A DNA stretch of 38,370 nt from Minisyncoccota bacterium (GTDB taxonomy: Bacteria; Patescibacteriota; Minisyncoccia; JAHIHE01; JAGLIN01). The DNA is taken from the NCBI GenBank assembly GCA_023270095.1, contig JAGLSJ010000001.1, forward strand, positions 1-38,370. Direction: 5' to 3'. The position numbers and the translations under genes were made by a program. Positions 7,202 to 16,660 of the stretch are shown piece by piece. The notes beneath the pieces were generated by a model. The model was not told the DNA's origin. It ran no database searches and worked only from the letters and a program-made list of their open reading frames with translations. The first letter of the stretch is position 1. Each line of letters opens with the position of its first letter.

Positions 7202-8059
7202 ATGAAATTAATGAGTATAAAAAATATCTTGTATTTTATAAGAAACGAGTTTATTTATGGCGGGCATTTATTTGCTTTGAGTTCTGTAAGCATTGTTTTG
7301 ATGTCATCTATCTTATTGGACGTTTTAGTTACCTTCGATTTTCTGATAATAGTTTATTTGATTTTTTATGCTATTTATTTAAATGATCATTTTGACAATG
7401 TAAAAGTTGATTTTATTGTAAATAGTCAGAGGGCTACATACTTAAGAAGAAACAAAAAATCTCCTTGGTTAGTATTGATTGCTGTTTTTATTTCAGAATT
7501 TCTGTTGTTTTATTTAGGTGATTTATTGAGTTTAGGTTTTGGGTCGATAATTATTATTTTTGGTTTACTTTATAGTAAATATTTAAAAATATTAACAAAA
7601 AAAATCGTTGCCTTTAAAAATTATTTTGTCGCATTGGTGTGGTCTTTGTTAGTTTTGTTCTTTTTTGTTTATTATTCTTACTCGTTTACATTTGAAGCAA
7701 TTCTAATTTCACTTTTCATTTTTTTAAGAATTCTTGCAATTCAAATATTGCTTGATATTAGAGATATAGAGAGTGATAAAATTGAAAATCTTTTAACAAT
7801 TCCTGTTTTATTTGGAAAAAGAAAAAGTATAAAAATCATAGTTTATATAAATATTTTGGTATTTTTCCTTTTATTTTATGGCGTATATTTTAATGTTATT
7901 ATTCTCAATGCTTTGTTGTTATTTTTTATGTTTCCATATAGTTATTATTATCTTAATAAATTAAATCATGTAGAAAGTAACAATATATATTATTTTCTTG
8001 CAGTAATAGAGCCGATTATTTTTTTATTTTTGGTTTTAATAGGTAGTTTCTTATTATGA
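7202..8059 (+). CDS. UbiA-family integral membrane prenyltransferase
   Basis: Two Asp-rich motifs, NDHFDNVKVD (NDxxDxxxD) and DIRDIESD (DxxDxxxD). About 8 hydrophobic helices. The stop overlaps the next start (ATGA at 8056-8059). Confidence 0.75.
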   Translation: MKLMSIKNILYFIRNEFIYGGHLFALSSVSIVLMSSILLDVLVTFDFLIIVYLIFYAIYLNDHFDNVKVDFIVNSQRATYLRRNKKSPWLVLIAVFISEFLLFYLGDLLSLGFGSIIIIFGLLYSKYLKILTKKIVAFKNYFVALVWSLLVLFFFVYYSYSFTFEAILISLFIFLRILAIQILLDIRDIESDKIENLLTIPVLFGKRKSIKIIVYINILVFFLLFYGVYFNVIILNALLLFFMFPYSYYYLNKLNHVESNNIYYFLAVIEPIIFLFLVLIGSFLL

Positions 8060-10347
8060 TACTTGATTATTATTTAGTTCATCAAATTTTAATTTTTCTG
8101 ATAAATATTATTGGCATATATTTGTCTTGTGTGGTTTATTTTAGCAACCCTAAGGGCAGTATTAATAAAATATTTATTTTATTAATGGTTTCAATGTTAA
8201 TTTGGATTGATTTTGCCTTTTTGGCAAGAGTAATTCAAAATCAGATCTATTTTACTATTTTATTTCTTAAGGTTGCTTGGTTTGTAACGCCTGTTTTCTT
8301 TTTATTTCTTTATTTTTTTACAATATATCTTATCAAGGAGAGCTACAAATATCGTTTTCTTAGCATGGTGGTTTTGTTGATTGGAGTTATTACTACTGTT
8401 TTCACTGGTTTGACTGACTTAGTTGTAAGCGATGCAAACTTTGTTGGTAGTGATCTTAGGATTGTTTACGGTTTAGGAATGGTTCCTTTTCTGATTGTTG
8501 TTTTATTGATAATTTATTTTACCTTATATCCATTAATAAAAAAGTATTTAAGTGTTTCTACAAAAGAAAGAATTAAATTGGAATATTTTATAATTGGAAT
8601 TTTTATATTTTATTTAGCAAATATTATATTTAACATAATTCTTCCAGTTTTTTTCGATGTTGTGTATTTATATTATTTTGGAGATTATTCAACGATTATT
8701 TTGCTTATTTTTACTGCATATGCAATAACTAGACATGAATTAATGGGTATTAAAACTTTGGTTACTCAAATGTTAATTATTGTTATGTCAATAATACTAT
8801 TAATTGATATAACATTACTTTCGGATAATTTTATAATGCAATTATTGAAAGTTGGTGTTTTGATAACATTTCTATATTTTGGCAGGGGTTTGATTATTAG
8901 CATTAAAAAAGAAAAAAAAGTTGCTAAAAAATTGCAGAATGCTAATGAAAAAATTAAAGATTATGTAGATAGGCTTGAAGATATTAATAAAAACTTAGAG
9001 GAAGGAAATGAAGATTTAAAGGCTTTGCTTGATGCTAGTAGTACGGTTATTGAGAATATGGATTCGAAAAAAATTGCTCAGGGAATTGTAGATATTATTC
9101 CAAAAAGTTTGGGACATTTGGGAAATAAAGGGGGAGTATTTATTGTATACGATAGAGAGAAAAAAATAATAAGTCCATATGCAATAACTGAATCGGATAT
9201 TGTAAAAAAAGCAAAAAAATTTTTGACAAAATCAATTACAAGCTATAAAGTGTTGATTAAAAAAACTGATAGTTTAACAGCACGAACAATTAGAGAAAAG
9301 AAAATATTTGTTGGAAATAAATTAGGAGACTTTATTTCACCGCCAGTTAGCTTGAATGCTTGTAAGATGATTCAAAAAGTAGTTAGGGCAAAGTCATTTG
9401 TTTCAGTTCCGTTATACGCGAGAGGAGATGTAATAGGGGTATTGTTATTTGTGGGAACAAAAAAAGCAAAAGATATAACTAAAAGAGATAAAAATATTTT
9501 AAATATTTTTTCATCACATATTGGAAATGCAGTTGAAAACGCAAGATTATATGAACAGACTAATAAGCAAATAAAAGAATTAGCAAGGTTGAATAATGAT
9601 CTTGGGGGGGCAAATAGTAAATTGAAAGAGCTTTTGGAAATGAAAAATGAATTTTTGCATATAACTTCACATCAACTCAGAACACCTTTAACGGCTATTA
9701 GAGGAATGGTTTCGATGTGGTCTGATGGAGATTTTGATAGTTTATCTGAAAAAGAGAAAAAGAATATGATAAAGCGAATACTTATCAGTACAGACAGATT
9801 AAATAATATTACAAATGATATGCTTGATGCGCTTGAACTTGAAGGAGGATTTTTGAAATTTCAATTTAAATCTGTATCTTTGAAAAATATATTAAAAGAA
9901 ACAATTAATACATTGAAGCCAAATTTTGATAAAAAAGGAATTTATCTTCGATTAAATTTTGATTCTAAAATAACTAATGTGGAAGTTGAACCGAATTATA
10001 TTAGGCAGGTTTTCATGAACACAATTGATAACGCTTGTAAATATACTAAAAAGGGAGGAGTAGATATTAATGTTAAAAACAATAAAGGATATTTTGAAAT
10101 TAAAATTAAAGACACTGGAGTGGGTATTAATAAAATTGATCAGAAGAAAATTTTTGAAAAATTTACAAGAGGTAGGAATGCTGCAATTGAAAATGCTTCA
10201 GGAAGTGGACTTGGTTTGTTTATAGCGAGAAAAATAATTAAAGCTCATGACGGAAAAATTGAAATTAGTAGTGACGGTTTAAATAAGGGAGCAACAATTA
10301 AAATATTTTTAAAAATTAAACATAATAAAAATTATGGAAATGCGTGA
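8056..10347 (+). CDS. Orphan sensor histidine kinase: polytopic N-terminal membrane domain, GAF-like middle region, HisKA and HATPase_c
   Basis: H-box FLHITSHQLRTPL, N-box DNACKYT, G1 DTGVGI, G2 GSGLGL. About 8 N-terminal TM helices. No response regulator nearby. Confidence 0.88.
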   Translation: MILDYYLVHQILIFLINIIGIYLSCVVYFSNPKGSINKIFILLMVSMLIWIDFAFLARVIQNQIYFTILFLKVAWFVTPVFFLFLYFFTIYLIKESYKYRFLSMVVLLIGVITTVFTGLTDLVVSDANFVGSDLRIVYGLGMVPFLIVVLLIIYFTLYPLIKKYLSVSTKERIKLEYFIIGIFIFYLANIIFNIILPVFFDVVYLYYFGDYSTIILLIFTAYAITRHELMGIKTLVTQMLIIVMSIILLIDITLLSDNFIMQLLKVGVLITFLYFGRGLIISIKKEKKVAKKLQNANEKIKDYVDRLEDINKNLEEGNEDLKALLDASSTVIENMDSKKIAQGIVDIIPKSLGHLGNKGGVFIVYDREKKIISPYAITESDIVKKAKKFLTKSITSYKVLIKKTDSLTARTIREKKIFVGNKLGDFISPPVSLNACKMIQKVVRAKSFVSVPLYARGDVIGVLLFVGTKKAKDITKRDKNILNIFSSHIGNAVENARLYEQTNKQIKELARLNNDLGGANSKLKELLEMKNEFLHITSHQLRTPLTAIRGMVSMWSDGDFDSLSEKEKKNMIKRILISTDRLNNITNDMLDALELEGGFLKFQFKSVSLKNILKETINTLKPNFDKKGIYLRLNFDSKITNVEVEPNYIRQVFMNTIDNACKYTKKGGVDINVKNNKGYFEIKIKDTGVGINKIDQKKIFEKFTRGRNAAIENASGSGLGLFIARKIIKAHDGKIEISSDGLNKGATIKIFLKIKHNKNYGNA

Positions 10348-11407
10348 TTATTACATTAGTTTAAAAAAGAGGATTGACGATGAACTTCGTGAATTTTTTG
10401 AGTATAGATACAATCAAATAGAAAATAATATTGAGCTTGTGGAATTTACGGATATAATAAGTGATTTAAAAAATTTCGTGATGAGCTCTGGGAAAAGAAT
10501 TAGACCAGTTCTTTTTTATTTTGGATATATTCTCGCGGGAGGTAAGAATAAGGAAGAGGCTTTAAAAACTTCGATTTCAGTTGAACTTATGCATTCATAT
10601 CTTCTTATTCACGACGATATAATAGATAGGGATGATTTTCGGCATGGTACTTTATCTCTACATTGTAGATACAGAAAAAGAATCGAAAGCGATTTCAAAG
10701 ATATTGATGGTCAGCATTTTGGGATTTCTATGGCAATTCTTGTGGGAGATTTGATGGCGTCATTGAGTTATGAAATTTTAAATAATTCTAATTTTGAAGA
10801 AGGAGTTAAAAAAGAGGCTTTGAAAAAATTTAATAATATTGTTGGTAATACTATTTTTGGACAATTAATGGATCTGAATTTAGATCAAAATAAAAATCTT
10901 GATTCAGAAATGATTTTCAAGATGCAAAAATATAAAACTGCAAAATATACTATTGAAGGACCTTTGCATTTGGGAGCAATTCTAGCTGGAGCTGATGATA
11001 AGTTTTTGAAATTATTAAGTAATTTTGCAATTCCTATTGGAATTGCATTTCAAATTCAAGATGATATAATTGGAGTTTTTGGCGATGAGAAAAAAATTGG
11101 AAAACCTATTGGATCTGATATTCAAGAAGGGAAGAAAACTTTTTTAATAACAGAGGCAGAGAAAAGTGCCAATGAAGGACAGAAAAAGATATTGAGTAGT
11201 GCTTTAGGAAATGAAAATTTAACTCAGAATGAATTGGAAGCAGTAAGAAAAATAATAAAAGATACAGGGGCTTTGAAAAAATCTGAAAATAAAGCAGAAG
11301 AACTTATCGAAGAGGCAAAAAAGAGTATTTCGTATTTTTCTGTTGATAATAAGTATAAAAAAGCTTTGAATGATTTTGCTGATTTTATTATCAAGAGGAA
11401 AAAGTAA
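10334..11407 (+). CDS. Polyprenyl diphosphate synthase (GGPP/FPP synthase family)
   Basis: First Asp-rich motif LLIHDDIIDRDDFRHG and second FQIQDDIIGVFGD, plus KT..YT. Overlaps the kinase stop by 14 nt. Confidence 0.88.
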   Translation: MEMRDYYISLKKRIDDELREFFEYRYNQIENNIELVEFTDIISDLKNFVMSSGKRIRPVLFYFGYILAGGKNKEEALKTSISVELMHSYLLIHDDIIDRDDFRHGTLSLHCRYRKRIESDFKDIDGQHFGISMAILVGDLMASLSYEILNNSNFEEGVKKEALKKFNNIVGNTIFGQLMDLNLDQNKNLDSEMIFKMQKYKTAKYTIEGPLHLGAILAGADDKFLKLLSNFAIPIGIAFQIQDDIIGVFGDEKKIGKPIGSDIQEGKKTFLITEAEKSANEGQKKILSSALGNENLTQNELEAVRKIIKDTGALKKSENKAEELIEEAKKSISYFSVDNKYKKALNDFADFIIKRKK

Positions 11408-11531
11408 TAAAACTTAATTTATTCAAAAGTGGGTAAGCTGTGGATAGTTTATCTGCTTTTTTATTCGGTTATTTTTTATATTTGCCTTAAATAAAGAATA
11501 AAATAGTTTTTCTTAAATGGGTTGTTGTGGT

Positions 11532-11559
11532 TTGACTAATATACTAAGTGGTGTATAAT
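11532..11559 (+). promoter_or_regulatory. Sigma70-like promoter of the mraZ (dcw) operon
   Basis: TTGACT (11532-11537), 16-nt spacer, TATAAT (11554-11559). Confidence 0.6.
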
Positions 11560-11592
11560 GGAGTTATGGGATATAAAAGTGGAGAAAAGTGG
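11546..11592 (+). promoter_or_regulatory. Candidate MraZ operator: three exact AAGTGG boxes
   Basis: AAGTGG at 11546, 11577 and 11587 (spacings 31 and 10 nt), plus a fourth at 11427. MraZ proteins are known to bind direct GTGG-type repeats at their own promoter. Confidence 0.45.
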
Positions 11593-11626
11593 GGAACTGA
11601 TAATTAAATTAAGTTTATATAGAAAT

Positions 11627-12058
11627 ATGTTTATTGGGGAATATAATCATAATTTAGATGAAAAAGGGAGATTGGCTGTGCCAGTTAAGTTTCGAAATGA
11701 CTTAAAGAAAGGAGCTGTCGTTACAAGGGGATTGGACGGTTGTTTATTTTTGTACACGGTATCTGAATGGAAAGTTTTGGCTGAAAAGTTAAGTAGTTTG
11801 CCCATAAGTCAATCAAATACAAGAGCATTTGCTCGTTTAATGCTTGCTGGAGCTATGGATGTTCAGCTTGATAAACAAGGGAGAATCGTTTTGCCAGATT
11901 ATTTGAGAAAATATGCGAATTTAAAGAAGAAGATTATTATTGGCGGTTTGTTTAATCGTCTTGAAATTTGGGATGAAGAAGCTTGGAATAAATATAAGAT
12001 TAAAACAGAAAAGGATAGTGGTAATATAGCAGAAAAATTAGGAGAATTAGGAGTGTAA
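11627..12058 (+). CDS. mraZ: Transcriptional regulator MraZ
   Basis: MFIGEYNHNLDEKGRLAVPVKFR and a second DKQGRIVLP half-domain. The start is placed at the conserved MFxG N-terminus rather than the upstream ATG at 11558. Confidence 0.9.
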   Translation: MFIGEYNHNLDEKGRLAVPVKFRNDLKKGAVVTRGLDGCLFLYTVSEWKVLAEKLSSLPISQSNTRAFARLMLAGAMDVQLDKQGRIVLPDYLRKYANLKKKIIIGGLFNRLEIWDEEAWNKYKIKTEKDSGNIAEKLGELGV

Positions 12059-12088
12059 AATAATGTAGGTGAATTATAAAATTAAATT

Positions 12089-13039
12089 ATGACATATTTT
12101 CATATCCCAGTTCTATCTAAAGAAATTATTGAAATTGTAAATCCTCAACCAGGGGAAAATGTAGTTGATGGAACATTGGGCGGTGGCGGTCATGCAGAAC
12201 TATTTCTTGAAAAAATTTCTCCTGATGGAAAGTTGCTTGGAATTGATTTGGACAGCGAGGCTTTGATTGAAAATCAACGAAGATTGAAAAAATATTCTAA
12301 GAAAGTTATTTTTGAAAAAGGAAATTTTGTTGATTTTGATAACATTAGAAAAAAACATAATTTTTCTCCAATTAATATATTTTTTCTTGATTTGGGATTT
12401 TCTTCTCAACAACTAAACGATGACAACCTTGGTATTTCTTTTTTGAAAAATAGTCCACTTGATATGAGAATTGGTGGTCAGGGGAATGATAATGATTATC
12501 GGTTTACGGCAGAATATATAATAAACAATTGGAGTGAAGAAAAAATAAAAAAGATTTTAAAAGATTATGGTGAGGAAAAGTACGCATATTCAATTGCAAA
12601 GGCAATAATGGTTGCTAGAAAAGAAAAATTAATTGTTGGCACTCAAGAACTAGTAGATATAATATCACAAGCAGTTCCTACGAGATACAAGGCTCAAAGA
12701 ATACATTTTGCGACAAAAACTTTTCAAGCTTTCAGAATTGCTGTAAACGAAGAGTTGGAAAATTTACAAAATGTTTTACCTAAAATTTTAGAAAATATAG
12801 AAGTTGGAGGAAGAATATGTATAATTTCATTTCATTCTTTAGAAGATCGAATTGTAAAGAATTTTTTTCGAAGAGAGGCAAAGGATTGTGTATGTGATGT
12901 TAAAATTCCTCTATGTGTTTGTAAACATAAAAAGCAATTGGAAATTATTACGAAAAAGCCGGTTGTGGCAACAAAGGAAGAAATTGCTTTTAATCCAAGA
13001 TCAAGAAGCGCAAAATTAAGAATAGCAAAAAAAATTTAA
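12089..13039 (+). CDS. rsmH: 16S rRNA (cytosine1402-N4)-methyltransferase RsmH
   Basis: HIPVL... DGTLGGGGH... DLGFSS.QL... SFHSLEDRIVK. Position directly after mraZ. Confidence 0.93.
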   Translation: MTYFHIPVLSKEIIEIVNPQPGENVVDGTLGGGGHAELFLEKISPDGKLLGIDLDSEALIENQRRLKKYSKKVIFEKGNFVDFDNIRKKHNFSPINIFFLDLGFSSQQLNDDNLGISFLKNSPLDMRIGGQGNDNDYRFTAEYIINNWSEEKIKKILKDYGEEKYAYSIAKAIMVARKEKLIVGTQELVDIISQAVPTRYKAQRIHFATKTFQAFRIAVNEELENLQNVLPKILENIEVGGRICIISFHSLEDRIVKNFFRREAKDCVCDVKIPLCVCKHKKQLEIITKKPVVATKEEIAFNPRSRSAKLRIAKKI

Positions 13040-13062
13040 TCATTTATTTTTTACAAAAGGTG

Positions 13063-13416
13063 ATGCAGACAAGAAGAAACAATTATAGGAACAGTAAATT
13101 CAAAAAGATAACTGTTTCTCAAAATATAAAAAATAGCGAAAAAATATTAAGTGTTTTTTTAGTTTTTTTAATTTGTGTAATTGGTTTATTATATATGTCT
13201 AAAACTGTTAGTATTGCTACTAATGGATATGATGTTAAGGGTTTTGAAAGACAATTAGATAATCTTCAAAGAGAAAATCAGAAAATGATTATCGAGCTAG
13301 CTGATTTAAAGGCTGTATATAATTTTGAAAGCGAATCTAGCAATTTAGTTGCAGTTGAAAACGGTAATATTAAATATATAACTTCCAGTCTAGGTGCAGT
13401 GGCTATGGAAAGATAA
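13063..13416 (+). CDS. ftsL: FtsL-like small bitopic cell-division protein
   Basis: A single TM helix followed by a coiled-coil segment (LDNLQRENQKMIIELADLK), in the rsmH-ftsI position. Assigned by context, not by sequence identity. A GTG at 13060 is an alternative start. Confidence 0.55.
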   Translation: MQTRRNNYRNSKFKKITVSQNIKNSEKILSVFLVFLICVIGLLYMSKTVSIATNGYDVKGFERQLDNLQRENQKMIIELADLKAVYNFESESSNLVAVENGNIKYITSSLGAVAMER

Positions 13417-13487
13417 TTTTGATAAATCACAACATATTTAAGGAATTTTTTAGAACGACATTATAAAATATTTTCTAGTCACAATTT

Positions 13488-15224
13488 ATGAAAAAAAGTT
13501 TTTTAACTCTTCATAGCAAAAATGATTTTGTGGTTCGTATATATATATTAATTTTTCTAGTCATTATTTGTTTTTGTGTGGTTGTATTAAGATTGTTTCA
13601 AGTTCAAATTATAAAAAATGATTTTTATAAGGTTTTAGCTCAGGATCAGCATGAATTTTTTCAAGAAACAGTTCCTAAAAGAGGGGAAATATTTATAAGG
13701 GATTTATATTCAGATCACCTTTATCCTCTTGCTGTAAATAAAGAATTAAGTATTGTTTATGCTTCTCCAAAAAATGTCGAAAACAAAAGAGAAATTGCGA
13801 AAAAAATATCAGAAATATTAAAACTTGAAGAAGAAAAAATATATAATCTTTTGAATAAAAAAGATGATCCATATGAAGTAATTAAAACCAGTGTTCAAGA
13901 TGACATAGTCGAAATAATTAGAAAGGAAGAATTTACTGGAATTGGATTTATTCCAGAAATCGTCAGGTATTATCCTGGTAATTACTTCGCTTCCAATTTG
14001 GTTGGTTTTTTGGGATTTAAGGACGATAAAAGAGTCGGACAGTATGGTATAGAAGGATATTATAATGACAGGCTTGAAGGAACAATGGGATTTCTTGAAA
14101 TCGAAAAAGATGTTTCAGGAAACTGGATTTCTTTTGGTCTGAAGAGTTCTAAAGCTCCAGAAAATGGTGATGATATTATATTAACAATTGATCAAACTAT
14201 ACAATATTTAGCAGAAAAAAAATTAGAGGATGCGATTAATAAATACGGAGCCAAGAAAGGTGATTTAATTGTTATGAATCCTATTTCAGGAGCTATAATT
14301 GCTTTGGCTCAATATCCTCGATATAATCCGAACGAATATTCCAAAGAAAATGATATGAGTGTCTTTTTGAATTCTAGTATTCACAGTGTCTATGAGCCAG
14401 GTTCAATTCAAAAGCCGATAACAATGGCAATTGGTATAGATCTCGGAAAAATTAGTCCAAGCACAACTTATATTGATGAGGGGTATTTGAAGATTGATGG
14501 TTGGCCAATTAGTAATTCTGATGGCAAGGCGAATGGAAAACAAAATATGATTCAAGTCTTAGAAAAATCTTTAAACACAGGAACAGTTTTTGCAGTAAAT
14601 CAAATTGAGAAAAAAGAATTTTATGATTATTTGAAAAATTTTGGACTTGATGAGTTTACGGGAATTGAGTTTACGGGTGAGACTAGGGGAAATCTTTCTA
14701 ATCTTGAAAAGAAAAATGAAATAAATTATGCGACTGCTTCTTATGGTCAAGGAATTTCAGTCACTCCTTTAGTGGCATTAAACGCAATTTCAGTTCTTGC
14801 AAATGATGGTAAATTAATGAAGCCCCATATAGTGAGTGAATTTATACATGATGGCATTTCAGAAAAAGTTGAGCCTGAGGTTGTTCGACAAGTTGTTTCG
14901 TCAAGAACTGCAAATTTAGTTTCAGCAATGATGGTTAGTGTAATTGAAAATGGACACGCTCAGCAGGCAAAAGTTGATGGATATAAATTTGCAGGAAAAA
15001 CTGGGACTGCGCAGATTCCAAAAAAAGATGGTAGGGGATATGAAGAGGAAAAAACTATTCACACTTTTGTCGGATTTGGCCCGATGCCAAATCCAAAATT
15101 TTCGATACTAGTTAAGTTAGATGAACCAGAGAACGCTCCATATGCAGCTAATACAACAGCGGTAGTTTTTCAAGATTTAGCTCAAGAGTTGGTTAATTAT
15201 TATAATATTTCCCCAACAGAATAA
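13488..15224 (+). CDS. ftsI: Penicillin-binding protein 2/3-type transpeptidase (FtsI-like)
   Basis: N-terminal TM anchor. Motifs SIQK (SxxK), SNS (SxN) and KTGT. dcw context. Confidence 0.88.
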   Translation: MKKSFLTLHSKNDFVVRIYILIFLVIICFCVVVLRLFQVQIIKNDFYKVLAQDQHEFFQETVPKRGEIFIRDLYSDHLYPLAVNKELSIVYASPKNVENKREIAKKISEILKLEEEKIYNLLNKKDDPYEVIKTSVQDDIVEIIRKEEFTGIGFIPEIVRYYPGNYFASNLVGFLGFKDDKRVGQYGIEGYYNDRLEGTMGFLEIEKDVSGNWISFGLKSSKAPENGDDIILTIDQTIQYLAEKKLEDAINKYGAKKGDLIVMNPISGAIIALAQYPRYNPNEYSKENDMSVFLNSSIHSVYEPGSIQKPITMAIGIDLGKISPSTTYIDEGYLKIDGWPISNSDGKANGKQNMIQVLEKSLNTGTVFAVNQIEKKEFYDYLKNFGLDEFTGIEFTGETRGNLSNLEKKNEINYATASYGQGISVTPLVALNAISVLANDGKLMKPHIVSEFIHDGISEKVEPEVVRQVVSSRTANLVSAMMVSVIENGHAQQAKVDGYKFAGKTGTAQIPKKDGRGYEEEKTIHTFVGFGPMPNPKFSILVKLDEPENAPYAANTTAVVFQDLAQELVNYYNISPTE

Positions 15225-15249
15225 ATTAAATAGATTATATACAAGACAG

Positions 15250-16515
15250 ATGACAAAACAAATAGTTGTTAAAATCCTTAATATATTAGCTAAAAGAATA
15301 CTGGAAAAATACAATCCAGTAATTGTTGGTATTACAGGAAGTGTTGGTAAAAGCAGTACAAAAAAATCTATTTATGAAATTTTAAAAACAAAATATAAAG
15401 TGGCATGTAATAGAGGTTGTTATAGTTCTGATATAAATATTCCTTTGACAATAATTGGAATTGAAGGTGGAGGTCATTCAGTCGTTGGTTGGCTAAAAGT
15501 TTTTATTAAAGCTATTAAAATTATAATAATTAAAAAAGATTATCCTGAAATAATCATTTTGGAAATTAGCGTGAATCGTCCTGGAGATATGAAAAAGATT
15601 CTAAAAATAGTAAAACCTAATATAGGTATTATGACGGCTATTGGAAAGTTTCCTTCTCATGTAAAATATTTCAAAAATGCAAAGCATATTGCAAGAGAAA
15701 AGTCTTTGTTAATAAAATCTTTAGGTAAGAAAGATTTGGCAGTTTTGAATTTTGATGATGAAGCTATAAAAGAATTATCAAAAAATATTAAACCAGAAAC
15801 AATTAGTTATGGGTTTAATGGCAATGAGGATGTGATTGCAAGTGAAGTTTTATTAAGTGACAAAAAGTTCAGAACAGAAGATGGTTTGATGGGAATGAGT
15901 TTCAAAATATCTTATGGTGGAACGACAGTTCCTTTTCGGCTTCCTTATGCGTTAGGCAAAGGACAGATCTATTCTACTTTGTCTGCCGTTGCAGTCGGAA
16001 TTCACTTTGGATTTAATCTTGTGGAAATGTCGGAAATTGTTTCTAATTATCATCCATTGGCAGGAAGAATGAATTTAATTGGAGGTATAAACGAGTCTTT
16101 GATAATTGATGACTCTTTCAATGCCAGTCCGAGTTCAATGGGAGTTGCTTTGGAAGCAGTGAAAAAACTGAGCGCAAAAAGAAAAATTGCAGTTTTGGGT
16201 GATATGCTTGAGTTGGGAGAATATTGTGAGTCAGCTCATAGAGAAGTAGGAGAGATTGTTTTTCAGTCGGTTGATATTCTTTTTGCTTATGGTTCAAGAA
16301 ATAAAATATTATGCGAGCAAGCCAGAAAAAGCGGAATGGCAAGCGACAGCATTTTTTATTTTGAAGATATAGATGATTTAATTAAATCTTTAAAATCTAT
16401 TTTACAAAAAGAGGATGTTGTTTTAATAAAAGGATCAAGAGCTATGCATATGGAAAAGGTTGTTAGAGAGGCGATGGTAAGACCAGAGTTGGCGGATAAA
16501 TTATTAGTGAAATAA
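15250..16515 (+). CDS. murF: UDP-N-acetylmuramoyl-tripeptide--D-alanyl-D-alanine ligase
   Basis: P-loop GITGSVGKSSTK and the MurF-type string IDDSFNASPSSM. dcw context. Confidence 0.8.
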   Translation: MTKQIVVKILNILAKRILEKYNPVIVGITGSVGKSSTKKSIYEILKTKYKVACNRGCYSSDINIPLTIIGIEGGGHSVVGWLKVFIKAIKIIIIKKDYPEIIILEISVNRPGDMKKILKIVKPNIGIMTAIGKFPSHVKYFKNAKHIAREKSLLIKSLGKKDLAVLNFDDEAIKELSKNIKPETISYGFNGNEDVIASEVLLSDKKFRTEDGLMGMSFKISYGGTTVPFRLPYALGKGQIYSTLSAVAVGIHFGFNLVEMSEIVSNYHPLAGRMNLIGGINESLIIDDSFNASPSSMGVALEAVKKLSAKRKIAVLGDMLELGEYCESAHREVGEIVFQSVDILFAYGSRNKILCEQARKSGMASDSIFYFEDIDDLIKSLKSILQKEDVVLIKGSRAMHMEKVVREAMVRPELADKLLVK

Positions 16516-16660
16516 ATTATAATTAATTTCAATATTTTAGTATTGCAAATTAGTTTTATTTATGATAGTTTAATGAAGTGTTAAGTGGCAAGTATTTAAG
16601 TGTTTGGTGTTTGATAACAGTTGTTAAATATTTAATACTAGATAGTTAAATGCCAATTCT

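Noticed and set aside
8057-10347. Alternative genetic code (UGA reassigned, as in some candidate phyla)
   Set aside because: TGA terminates well-defined genes exactly where homologues end: the UbiA gene at 8057-8059 and the kinase at 10345-10347. All conserved genes are intact under the standard code.
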